From Ophelia neglecta (taxonomy: Eukaryota), in contig OZ260666.1 of the NCBI GenBank assembly GCA_965285935.1, forward strand, positions 40,548,001-40,612,000: a stretch of 64,000 bases of DNA, given 5' to 3'. The notes under the pieces were generated by a model. That model searched no databases. It was not told the DNA's origin and worked only from the letters and a program-made list of their open reading frames with translations. Shown here in pieces: positions 13,984 through 26,683 of the stretch. Position 1 is the stretch's first letter; each line of letters opens with the position of its first letter. A program made the position numbers and the translations under genes.

Positions 13984-14871
13984 TATTTAGAAAAAAGGGA
14001 AAATTGTACAGAAAGTTTGGATAATCCAGGTACTAACTGCTTTTTCCCGCGATGGACGTGATTTCCAGCGAGACTTCTGAATTGGCAAGCTTTGCCAGGC
14101 ACATTGGTATGAACACATTCCGAAATAATAAGGCAATATTGACTCACTGTAAATATTTCAAATGGAAATATACTTCTAAACAGATGATTTCTTTCAATAG
14201 ATAGAAATGGTGTTCACAAATTAGTTTAACCAGACCCATTTATTGTCCCAAAACAAGGATAGTGGGCAGGTCACATGACCACAGACTGGCACGAGATTTC
14301 AAGAGGTAGCCATATTGTTTTGTTTGGACAAGTGCGTGATCACGCGTGAACTTGTGTGTGTATTCCGGGTTTGGAACGGTTTTCTGTGCATGTAAGCAAC
14401 AAAGGAGGATCATCGGACAATTCATATGGTCCTTTCATACCCTTGGAGGATTTGACCAAGCTAGATTCATTGATCGTCTTTTTATTATTTCATATTCAAC
14501 AGCTTTGGGAAGAGTGGTCACACGACCAAAGGATCATCCAGTTACCAGTGTACAGGGCCTAGGCCTGTACACTGTTTGACAGCATAGTATTGCAGTTGTG
14601 CAGGTCTTTGCCGGACGATTGGCGCATTGAGCTTTATTGGCATACCAGTTGCACCAATTGAAACTGTAACAAATCTCTGAAGGTTGAATTAGCGTAAAAG
14701 TTATTATGTAGTTAAAGAAAAGGCCCTAAGAAATTAATTAGACAATCGCAATTTTGCCAAATGTTAAATGAAAAGGAAATTTACCAAAATGAACATGCAC
14801 CCCTAGGTGTTCTAGGATAGAATTTGATTCAATCTGAAAAATTAAGGTAAACATTTTGCTCTGTACCAAAG
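13984..14871. promoter_or_regulatory. Candidate bidirectional promoter for PAXIP1 and DCAF7
   Basis: Divergent start codons 888 bp apart; local CpG enrichment; GGTCACATGACC (14269-14280) and palindrome GCGTGATCACGC (14334-14345). Confidence 0.55.
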
Positions 14872-17800
14872 ATGTCAGTTGTACAAGCAGCACCGGGAAC
14901 GGCACCGCCTGTGCCTCCCCCGGGAAAACGAAAAGAAATCTACAAGTATGAAGCACCTTGGACGGTTTACAGTATGAACTGGAGTGTAAGACCTGACAAA
15001 AGATTTCGTTTGGCACTGGGAAGTTTTGTGGAGGAGTATAACAACAAGGTATGTTTTGGGGATCCAAATTAAGAGGCCAAGATCTAAACGAGTATAAAAT
15101 GAGTATGAAAATTCTTTGTGGAGTTAAGACATTGAACACTTCAGTCACCACTCATGACACAGTCTACGAGGATAACATCACAATTTTGTCACTTTATCTT
15201 ATTAGGCTCATACATGCTTGGGCTCAAGAGGATCAAATAAAGCAAGATCAAAATATCGGCTTGAGCCAATTTTCCTTAAGTAACTTTGCATCAATTTTTT
15301 TTAAACAAAGTTTGGAAAATCATTTATGTTGATAATAATGTAATGATAATTATAACAGATCTGTGACATTTAAGTTATGAAACCCTGTTCAACCAGTTTA
15401 TCATATGAAATATTAACATGATGATAGGCATAGCTTTCTCATAACTGATATAATGAGTTTTTCACAGTTGTCTACTATGTATTAATTGGTTGCATTTACT
15501 CAGATCATTTGGGAAATCTATTTTCCTCTGCCACAAGCAGTCATGTCTCTGCAAGTTGCGTGTCTATATGTATGTTGTAGTGTTTGTTTGTGATACATAA
15601 ATGTATGTGTATCAGGCATCTCAATCTGCCTCATGGATATACAATGTATGTACATATGATCTAGCGGTGACCCGGGTCGCAGGCGGGTTATCCCGTGAAA
15701 TTTGAATTATTTATTTAATTTTTGATGCCGGGTTACCCGTGAAAAGGCAATTATTTATTTAATTTTTGGGCATGATATGTGATAAAAAAATTGCCTTTTC
15801 CTACCGGTTTTTCAATACAAGTAGTGACTAGAAACACGCCGTCGGTATTGTAGATTGTCTTGGTAGTTTAATGGTAAGCCTGTTTCACGGCAATATTAGT
15901 TTCTTGTAGGCATAAAACAACTGCGATGTTTGATGGATGTAATACGGATTACGCCTAATAGGGCTGCGCAGTAGTTCGCAGTATGCGGACGTAAATGTCG
16001 TTTTCTGAGTAAGGCTTAATGTCAATTGGTAGGCTATCCGATACATCGCGATAAGCAGAAAGGATTCGCAATTTATATGAACAGGCTCAAATGTCCGACT
16101 GGATCCTACCGTTAGAAGCCATACTGGCAATTTACTTCGCAGAGTGGGATCACACAGACAGCACCGCAGTATAGTGACAATACCATTTAGCCCCACCGTT
16201 AAGTTGGTCACCATTCTTGACAGCGTAGCATTTGCATAATATCACGCTGATGCCTGTTGTGGGGCAAGTTAACTATATGGAATGAAGTCAAGTTGCTTGA
16301 AATCGGTATCGCAAATCTCGGCGCAACCCGGGGCATATCGTGATTATCACAACACACCTCGGGGCATGCCATGATTAAATCACAGCATGCCCCGCAAATC
16401 ACGGCACCCCTGGTTACCGCGTGGTGGATCAGACGCAAGAGTTCTCTCTTATTTTACTTTGGGACAGTTCCATTCGAATTCCTTAATATTAATATCAGCA
16501 GAAATTCTAGCCTTAGTGAAACTTCAAGAGCAGTTGGTGTTCAGGTGCCCATAAAGCATGAAATTTGTGTTAAGTTTCAGACTCAAAAAGCTTGGACTAG
16601 TTTTGGTTGCTTTTTGGGAAAGGTATTTCTTGGTATGGCTAATACCCCAGAGATAGTGATGGATGGATTGTATGTTTTTTTGATCGGTAGGTTCATATAG
16701 CCAGAGAGGTGTTGAAGAAGGAACAATATATATATATTACCCACTCCTAGGACTACATCATATAAACTGTGTGGTGTGTTTTTTGCATGCACTTTGGATC
16801 GATAGTCCTAAAGTTGGTTTTGTAATTATCAATTTGCAGGATACTTTGGCTCAACCATATGTCCATATTCTGAGTTCATAATACAATCCTCTGCCTTTTC
16901 TTGGGAGTGCTGACAATTTCCTTGTGGTTTGGTTTGAAGGTGGCATATTGTACAGGTTTATTTGAAAGTCGTCAGCATTTCACATGAGTTGAATTTAGTT
17001 CTATTGAAGCATTCCAAATAAGATTCCTTTCAGAGCAGCATTGGACCTGTCACCACTCCTAGCCAATGATATCCTGTATTGATTTTTAGATTAAAGCAAC
17101 CATGATGATGTGAATGTGTAATGGACCAGTTCATTGTTACTAAGTGATGGCAAACCATCTAATTACGAAGTCCATTTGCTCCACGATTGTTGTATTGTAA
17201 GTGACTGTTAACAGTCAATTTGTAACAAAATATTGTGTGTTGTACAAACAATGGAACCAAATGGCAAGTTAACTTGATCTGTAGAAACCACCTCATTCAG
17301 TGATATTATAATAAAATGGTAATAACAAAATTGTCATCCCCGGTTGCATGAAGAAGAAAAAAAGAATTAACTGAGATCACAATGCCTTTCAGTTTAACAT
17401 CTTCCACTAAACAGAGACATGGGTCACCCTCAGACCATGCTATAAAAAGGTGAATGCCACTCACTGTTATAATAAAACTCTTTATTCCATGCATACTTCT
17501 ATGAAAAGAAGAACTGTACAAGTTAAACAATTTGGGGGAATTAAATTTGCCCATGTCCATCATAATAGGCCTACAGTACATGTTTTATGGGAATTTAGTT
17601 TGTGGATTATGTCAAAACAATACAAGTCTTTTTGTTTTGTGAGTTTCATTTACCCCAAATGTAAATTTGCTACTAAGCTTAGGTCTAATATGAGAGATTA
17701 TATTCGAAGGGCTATTAATGTTTGCTCTCTTTTCAAAGACAAAGACAGGGGGAAGATGGGGACTGGAATTCGACTAAATGAAGTCTTGTTGTGACTGGCT

Positions 17801-20800
17801 ATGTATATGTTGTTTGTAGGGTATAGTTGGCATTGATTAAATAGCCCTACTCATCTACACTGTACACAACAGAGTGAACAGACCATTTGGCAATTCAGAG
17901 ATGTTTTAAACTAAAAGCATGCAGGAATCCCTGCTAAATTGCTGCAAAGGAAGTGTTAGGATGCCTTTAGAAAGCTTGCAAAGTCATAGTCAATGTTTTA
18001 TACTGTAACAGTGTCTGTTGTTGCCGAAGAATGTGTGCAATTCATGCTTACTAGATTCATGTCAAAGGAATTAGGACACCTTGTGATAGTAATTGCTCCA
18101 CCACCTTTGAACACTGTGCTTGAATCAAAATTATTTTTTGGAAACTTTGCTGTGGATTGATCTGCCTACAAAGAATGAGTTTCTAAACTAAACTGTGGGT
18201 ACCACCAAATTATTTTCAGTCAAATTCTTAGAATCAATTTTCTACCAAAATAAACACTGGTCGAGTAAGCTTAAAAAGCCATTTCTTTCTGTATTGCCAA
18301 ATGATTTTATTTTCAGGTGCAGATTGTGAGTCTGGATGAAGAATCATCAGATTTTGTAGCACGAAGCACATTTGAGCATCCATATCCCACAACTAAAATT
18401 ATGTGGATTCCTGACAGTGTAAGATTTAACAAATAAAATATCTTAATCGGACTTTGCATTAAGTATTGTTTTCCAAATATCCATCTTTTATGGAAATAAT
18501 CAAAGAAAGTGTTAAGTCACAAGATTTAATTTTCTGTTTTTTTTTTGTGTGAACCAAGTTGCTATTTGTTAGTGGAATCAATAAGTTGAATACTTTTAAA
18601 GGAAAAGAGGATTTCATTATGTCAATATAAGAAATATCAATTTTGGATTCTAGAAAGGTCTATACCCAGACTTACTGGCTACCAGTGGAGACTACCTAAG
18701 AGTCTGGCGAGTCAATGATGCAGAAACTCGCCTCGAATGTCTGCTCAATAATGTAAGCAATATCACATGCTTCCAATTTGGACTTGCTATAATGATATTA
18801 CAATAAGACCTAGTCAAATCTGAGAAATATTAATTAATTTTTATCTTTTTTTGAGGGGCAAATTAATAGTTTCAATAAAATAATATAATTTATCAAATTA
18901 CTGTTTTCAGAATAAGAATTCTGATTTCTGTGCTCCTCTCACTTCATTTGATTGGAATGAAGTAGATCCCAATCTCCTTGGAACATCTAGTATTGACACC
19001 ACATGTACAATATGGGGACTGGAGGTTGGTCAATAAACACTCTCAGAGATAATATGTTTAGAATTGTCTAGATGTTTAACTTTTGGCATTAAGAATCACC
19101 AAATATGTATTATCAGAGGTATCAGAAGGGCTGCTAGGATATTTTTTGTTAATCATAAAACCTATGTTGCAACAAAGAAAATATAAATACATTCATTGTG
19201 AAATCAAGTTATATACCTCAAATGTATGAAGCCTCATTGTGATGTTAATTGTTTTGCCTTTAAGACAGGTCAGGTTTTAGGTCGTGTAAACCTGGTGTCT
19301 GGCCACGTCAAAACTCAGCTCATCGCTCACGATAAGGAGGTCTATGACATAGCATTTAGTAGGGCTGGTGGTGGCAGAGACATGTTCGCTAGTGTTGGTA
19401 AGTTACATTTGATAGGACTGGTGGAGGCAAAGTCATGTTTGCCAGTTTGGGGAATTAAGCTTTGAATACAAGAAGCATGTATAGATATAAACCAATTGCC
19501 AAAACTTGACAAGGTTTCTTTTGTATGGTTAGGTGCTGATGGTTCGGTGAGAATGTTTGACCTACGGCATTTGGAGCACTCCACCATTATCTATGAAGAT
19601 CCCCAGCATCATCCACTACTGAGACTGGCCTGGAACAAACAGGACCCTAACTACCTGGCCACAATGGCCATGGACTCCATGGAGGCAAGTACTCAACTCT
19701 TACCACAATCCCATGTATATTTATATATACACATGAATATGGGGCCCACATATATTTTGGCATGAAATAAAAAACATGCAGTATCTTTTTTGCAAAAATG
19801 CGAATTTAAACCTTCCCAAAGATTTTAACCATTGCAGTTGTACTTTCTTGAATATTTGTTATCCCAAATGAGATGTTATATTTATGCCCTGCAGTCAGAT
19901 AATGACAGGAGACTTCTCAACTTTCAGGTGATTATACTGGATGTTCGAGTGCCCTGCACCCCAGTCGCCCGTCTAAATAATCACCGAGCTTGTGTTAACG
20001 GCATTGCCTGGGCTCCACACTCCAGCTGTCATATATGTACTGCAGGTAAATTAAAATGATGTTAATATACAGTCAAACCTGTGCTAGCGGTCACTCGTCT
20101 AAGAGGTCAATTGTCTATTGCGGTCATCAATTCTCAGTCCCTTGAAAATTATAATGTAATTAATAGGACCGGCCACTTGCATAAAGCGGTCACTTGTCTA
20201 CTGCGGACTACAGTCAATAATTTGATCCCGAGGTAAAGTTTCCATCGTGTAATGCGGTCATGCCCCCCTCACAGTTATCTGCGGCTAATCACAGAATGTC
20301 CCGATCAAAGGTCAGCCTATGCTTGTCATGTGTGTGATGGCCACTTTCTAGCATACCTTGGTCAACACATCAACAAACTGGATTGCAGTTGTGTATTAAA
20401 ATGTATTCACACAGTCTCCGCGAAACAATGGGTGCTGCTGATCCCGGAGTTGCACCTTGGCTGCTAATTAGTAAACAGTGTGATTCAGGGACTGGAAGTT
20501 TGTTCGCACTACACAACTAACTTTCACACCTCCCGAATAAAATGGTTTTATCTTTCTTTCAACGTCTTTTGTGAGTTGTCGTGTCACATTTGCAGGCTAT
20601 TTAACCAGGGAATATCCGCGAGTAAAATCATTCTCTTTTGAATGTCAACCTGTTCACGTCCCTCCGCTTCAACTCGATCCTTAGAATTACAACTCCGCAC
20701 TCAGAACATCTGTCACCATGGCGAAGCCTCGTATTGAGCTGCCGCTGACCAAGAAAGTAGAACTTATCAAGATGGCCGAGACTACTGGCAAAAGCCAGAG

Positions 20801-23070
20801 AGTTTTGGCTACGGACTTCGGCATTGGCCGCACTCAGATTGGAAACATCCTGAAGAGAAAGAGGGAAGTTATGGAGGCTTTCGAGAGGAATGAGCCAGAC
20901 AACAAACGGCGCTTCACCGGTACCCAGCACGATGAAGTCAATGCATTGACATGGCAATGGTTCACTCGAGTTTGTGGCCAGAACCTTCCGTGCAATGGCC
21001 CAATGATCCAGGAACAGGCTAAGACGTTTGCTCGAGATCTGGGTGACTTGGATTTCAAGGCTTCCAATGGATCGCTTAACAGCTTCAAAAGTCAGCATAT
21101 CATCGCTGCCAGTAAACTGTGTGGTGAGAGCGCCAGCGTTAAAGAGGAGACTGTTGACGAGTGGCACAGCAAGTTAGCCTCGCTGTGCGACGGATACTCG
21201 GCCGCGGACATCTTCAACATGGACGAGACAGGTGTATTCTTCCAGATCGGACACTGGCTGTGAAAGGCACAGATTGCCATGGAGGGAAGAGATCAAAAGA
21301 TCGGCTTAGTCTGGCCCTAACTTTCAGTGCCACAGGGGAGTTCCTGAAGCCACTAGTAATCGGAAAGTCCCAGAAACCATGCTGTTTCAGAAATATTAAT
21401 CCAGCGTCTTTGCCAGTGACTTACAAGGCAAACAAAAAAGCCTGGATGACAGGTGCCATCTACCAGGAATGGCTGCAGGACCTAAACGGCAAGATGAGGC
21501 TTCAAGGAAGGAATATTCTGTTGTTTGTGGATAACGGGCCATGTCACCCACAGAATCTCACCTTCAGCAACGTGAAAGTGCTATTCTTTCCACCAAACAC
21601 CACCTCAAAACAGTAGCCACTTGACCAGGGAGTAATCCAAAATTTCAAGGTTCATTACAGACGACGACTACTGCGAAAGGTGCTTGCAGCAGTCAACTCC
21701 GAGGAGCCCACTACCTCCAGCGTAACAAAGGCTGTCTCAGTCCTGGATGCCTGCCACTGGACAGCTGGTGCACTGCGTGAGGTAAAGCCCGAAACAGTTG
21801 TTAACTGCTTTTGCCACGCAGGCTTCCCCTCCACCCTGCTAGCCCCATCAACATCAGCTGAGACACAGCCCAAACCAGAGGCTGAACTGGAATCACTCCT
21901 CACCGCCACCACTGCAGCCCTTGGCCTGGCCGACCCCCTAACGGCCCTGGAGTTTATAGAAATGGACGCAAAGGCTCCAGCAACTGAGGAGTTGGGTCCA
22001 AACTGGCGCCAGGAGCTCCTGAATGAACATATCCAAGCTAAGTGTGGTGCTCAGCCAGTGACCTTACCAGACACTGAGGATGAGGAGCCTGATGTCCCAG
22101 CCCTAGAGATAACAAACACAGAGTGTGCTCTGCACTGGATGGAGCAAATCAAGCAGTTCGCCCTGGAGAAGGGAATGCCAGGGCTGATGGATGTGTGCAA
22201 TCAGGGAGAGGACATTTTAACCAGAGAAATTGTGGCAACACGTTGTAAGGCAAGGCAAACTGGTATAAAGGATTTCTTTAACTGTGCTTGAAGGAACGAA
22301 CAATATGGACTAATATTAAAGAGAAAAGTGGTATAGAGAAGGTCTCAGAATATAGTGTATAGATCCATTACTGAAAATATACTACACATGTATGTCATAT
22401 ACATTGTTGTGTTCATTTGTTTTCATGTTTGAGCTGGTTATAAAATATTATATTTTTGAACTGTGAAGTTTTTTATTTAGTTTTCAGTATTAATATTAAT
22501 TAATAAATAAGTATCTAATAAATGCATATAATAATTCAAATAATTAAGATGTATACTTTTAAACAAGCCTATAGCTATGATACCAATGACTGTAACTTAT
22601 CGGATGACCAACTTGCTTAATGAGGTCACTTGTCTATTACCGGTAAGGTCACTTAGGTCCATTCCCATGACTGACCTTATTAGACAAGTTTGACTGTACA
22701 TGTGTAGGGCATTAATTACACTACATAGCACATGACACTGATATGCCAGACAAACAATAGGTATCTCATACTTTTGTAACTTTGGCAAAGACTATATTAA
22801 TTCCGGTTGACACTGAAAATTCTGTTAAGATTAACTTTACAATGAAGTGAAATGTTACACCAATGGTCTATAGTGCTGTCCCCCTTCACTATTTTAGCTG
22901 ATGACCACCAGGCTTTAATATGGGACATCCAGCAAATGCCGAGAGCAATTGAGGATCCCATTTTGGCGTACACAGCTTCGGGAGAAATCAACCAGATACA
23001 ATGGTCACTTGCCCACCCTGACTGGATCTCCATCTGCTACAACAACTGTATGGAAATTTTGAGGGTATAG
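14872..23070 (+). CDS. DCAF7: DDB1- and CUL4-associated factor 7 (WDR68/AN11-like WD40 protein), about 355 aa
   Basis: Exons 14872-15048, 18317-18418, 18654-18752, 18911-19024, 19265-19397, 19533-19684 (GC donor), 19928-20045, 22898-23070; 1068 nt in frame. Closely matches recalled DCAF7 motifs: [91 protein letters not shown]-terminal EILRV. Confidence 0.97.
15662..16422. mobile_element. CpG-rich probable DNA-transposon remnant in DCAF7 intron 1
   Basis: Abrupt composition shift, imperfect inverted ends GCGGT(G/A)ACC(C/A)GGG, and subterminal duplications; no clear TSD. Confidence 0.4.
20070..22696 (+). mobile_element. Full-length Tigger/pogo DNA transposon in the last DCAF7 intron
   Basis: TA at 20068-20069 and 22697-22698; imperfect TIRs CAGTCAAAC(C/T)TGT at both ends; subterminal repeats of (GC/GA)GGTCA; internal transposase remnant. 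Confidence 0.92.
20718..22291 (+). pseudogene. Disrupted Tigger/pogo (TIGD4/TIGD6-like) transposase: CENP-B-type HTH domains plus DDD catalytic domain
   Basis: Three ORF pieces (20718-21263, 21161-21616, 21680-22291) join into one transposase: FKASNGx[49 protein letters not shown]. Frameshift at ~21240 and in-frame TAG at 21614-21616. Confidence 0.9.
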
Positions 23071-25142
23071 GCCCTAGGTATCAGTTTATGTTTATCATGC
23101 AGCCTGTAAGGTTAGTGCCGACGGTGAACCTCCAATGTAATCTCATCGTGCTCATCTGTAATCCTCATTGGCAATCATACAGTATGTAGCTTTCTTGAAA
23201 ATTCCAAGCTGTAAGTTAACTTCTATTATACCAGTTGAGATGTCAAGTGAAAATATATATTAAAGCTGGGATAGACTTGAGGAAGGACCCTACATGCAAT
23301 CCTTTCAGTTAATTTCCAACCTTTACACAAATCACAATAAGGACCAAACGGTAAGCAGCGGCATATTTTATTTGTCTTTGAACGTTAAATGTATAAAGAT
23401 ATATAGTAGTGTATGATGTTTCGGAAGCCGTCTCGGATGATGTACTAGTCAGACTTGTGTAGGGTTCTTCCTCAGGATATTACAGTTTATTGACAGTCCA
23501 GATTAATAGAATACTAGTATATGGGCAAGATACTGTATTTTATTAAACAACATATAACCGAAGGATATTCACGTGTTTGATTTGAATTCTTCCTCCCTCT
23601 GTTACGTAGTGATTGAATCACCAAAACCCTTATTGAGTACAGTGCTGGCTTTAGTCGTGTGGTAAACTAGTTGAATTCCCCGATGTGTAGATGTATGCAA
23701 TGTGTGTTCAAAACCATTATAATGAAAGAAAATTGTGAAAGGAGTATGTGTATCAGATAAAAGACCCTCGTCTTTTATCCTGTTGTATGTATAGAGCTGT
23801 CAAGAACCTATTTTCTTTGGAACATTATTCACATTGCAGAGGGTAAGAATTGAAGAAAAGATTCTGTTAGGTTATGATTGCCCTGCTCATATTGGGTGTA
23901 AGGCTCTCCTTTGCCAACCACTGCATGGTCAACAACATCTCTCATTATTTGAGGTTCGAGTTTACAAAATTCATTCAGAACTCTTCTGGAACCTTTTGAT
24001 ATTTGGATTACACCTACAATGACTTCAGCAGAAGAGAACAATCAGTTGCGTGTAACAGGTAGAGATCTCATGAGCGACAAATCCAAATGGTCCTGCATTC
24101 TGTGAAACACAGTGAGAGATAACATTAGAGACAAGTCCAAAAGACTAGCGTTTTGTTAAACACATTGAGAGATATCAGGAGACTCAAGTCCGAAGGGTCC
24201 CACATTCTGTCCATAAACAGATTTCCTGCAAGTCTGCACAGAGTGAAAGTTAGTGATGTGATTTGTCGTGATCCTGCAGTGGTTAAGGAGAACCCTAATC
24301 ATACCTTTGTGTGCAGGGTAGATTAATAGGAACATTCATATTATTTGCTTATTTATTTTTAGTAAAAGAACATGTACTCAATTAGTATTATATGCACATA
24401 GGAAATATCTATAAATAGGATTAGGCTCATATTCACATATCTTCATGCCGCATTGTGCATGATGGGTTTGTGAACATACAAGGTGTACAATATAATTTGT
24501 TTAAAACAGGTATGAGAATGTAATTCTTTTAAAGCCAGAGTCCAGTGGCCAATGGTTAGCTTGAAAGTCTTGATTTTATGTTTATTTTTTATTTTTTAGT
24601 GGACATTCAACTTTAATACACACATTTGGGTGTAATTCCCTGGTAACCCTAAATTAAAAAATAAAAATTAACAAGAAATATCTTTCCTTTTGCTTTTATT
24701 TGTGAAAGGCAGGAGTAGAAGTAGTGATTGCATCATTTCATGAGAAACATTTTGATTTCATTTTTATATGGAAAAGGTTATTTCTCACCGTTTGTCACTT
24801 CAATTTGTTTATTTTATTTAAAGCCACCAGGATCTAGGGATTTAAATAAGCCTCCAGAACATTAAGATTTGGTTCATTATGCGAGATATTTCACTGTCCA
24901 CTAGAATGTTAATGTAAATATGCTAGGACACATTGAGTAACAAAAACTGCAAGCAGTAGAAGTAGAATGAGTAATATTAAAATATGGTTTATAAGATTGC
25001 CATGGCGTAGAATCTATGTAGATACTTTGGTAGCTCATGTGTACCAAACTCTGGATTAGTATTTGTGTTTCTGTAATTAACACCATGTTGTAGTTCAAAT
25101 GAATGTTATGAAGCCTGTATGTTGTATATAGATTGGTCTTTT

Positions 25143-25148
25143 AATAAA
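25143..25148 (+). terminator. Candidate DCAF7 polyadenylation signal (about 2-kb 3' UTR)
   Basis: AATAAA followed by T-rich sequence at the end of an AT-rich 3' region. Confidence 0.35.
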
Positions 25149-25198
25149 ATATTGAAACAGTTAAATATATTTTGCATATTTTATTGAGGTTCATTTTA

Positions 25199-25415
25199 CA
25201 GTGAAAAAATTATCTGGTTACATTTTGACAAATGTTGAAAGACATGTAGATAATAGTGATACCAGGACAGTTGAGGGACTGGAAAACTGATCTCATGGTT
25301 TAGGTGGAATTAACAAGCAGTTTAGCAAAGGCATAAATGGGGTTCAGGCCATTTAGGGACCTTAAGTGAACAGGTGACCTTATTAGACTGGCGACGACTA
25401 ACACCGGTTTCACTG
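25199..25415. mobile_element. Degenerate Tigger/pogo-type MITE
   Basis: TA-CAGTGAAA...TTTCACTG-TA. Confidence 0.55.
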
Positions 25416-26683
25416 TACTTCTTTACTATTTCCAAAGTAGCGAAAAATATTCAATGTGCACCTAGGCATGGACTGAACATCTTTGACTAGGACAGGTAAA
25501 TGGATTTTTTAGTAATGTTTTGCTCTAGAGGAAGGCAAGACTGTGGCTGGAATTTTTTTTGTTTATACGTCGATTACTTTGAAACCTTTCTAATCAGGTA
25601 AGTCAATTAAGTTACTGGGAAAAATGGTCACATTATGTAGGTAGCTTTAATAGGCAGGTCAGTTAAGTTTATTAAACAGGGATCGCGTGGAAGCGCGCCC
25701 TTGCGCGAATAGCCCATTCATATTTTTAAAAGCCCATACAAAATCGGTATGCTGCGCTAATCGCCCATAGCCACAAACCCATAGCTAATCAGTATGGTGC
25801 GCTAATCGCCGGGCCCATGGCCTCGAAAATGGTGACAACTATTCGCTACATTCGTTTATTCTTCATTCAAGCAAGCAAGTCCCCTTTTACGACATATCAC
25901 GCGCATGCACATTATTAATCTTCGCGCACGAAGTAGAGCGGGGTCGGCAGTACTCGTTTCATGAATTCTACTGTGAACTTAAGGAGCTTAGTAGAAGCGG
26001 GCATAGAACCTGCAAAATATAGAAGTTGTTCGTATTTTTTAGGTTATTGTTTTTCTCTTGAAAGATTTTGTGAATAAAATATCTTCCCATAATGTGCGAT
26101 ACCCTGGGAGTCAGTACTCGAACACTGTCGGACCTGTCGAACGATTCGGTTGGGTGAACTCGAACAGTTCCATTAAGTACACACGCAATGTGACCACTGA
26201 AAGTGTTTGACTACCTATGGCCTATTTTTTCAATATATGTGATCAACAGTTATACACCTAGCACATATATGATGGCGGAGCTCTGGGGTAGACTAACATG
26301 CCTGTACAGTTAAAACTACAAGAATATTTTAGATATAATAATAATTGCCGTTGACCATTTTCCTTTAACATCGGACGGCCGGAGCTTGCGTCGTAGGTTT
26401 ACGTTGGAACTGGCCCAGCACTGTGGTGGATAGCTGCGCTTGAATAAACGGAAAGGTTGAAGAATGGTGAATGATTTCGAACAGGGTAGCATATTTGATA
26501 AGGGCAAAAAAAAAAGTTTTGTTTAGGGCTTTCTACCTACCCAATCTCGCGACCCCCTACCTATAGATATGAACCTTAATTTCTACTCAATTCACTCGCT
26601 GCTAACGACGGAATATTCCGTCACAACGACGAGAATTCCATCCTGAAAAAATAGAGCATTGGTATTTCCTGGAGTTTGACTTG

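Noticed and set aside
20628-21167. 179-aa minus-strand ORF
   Set aside because: Antisense shadow of the Tigger transposase.
24068-24220. Three degenerate ~56-bp repeats in the DCAF7 3' region
   Set aside because: Old low-identity duplication with no supportable function.
24541-24575. tRNA A-box-like GTGGCCAATGGTTAGC
   Set aside because: No B-box or cloverleaf follows; no tRNA, rRNA or snRNA gene was recognised anywhere in the window.
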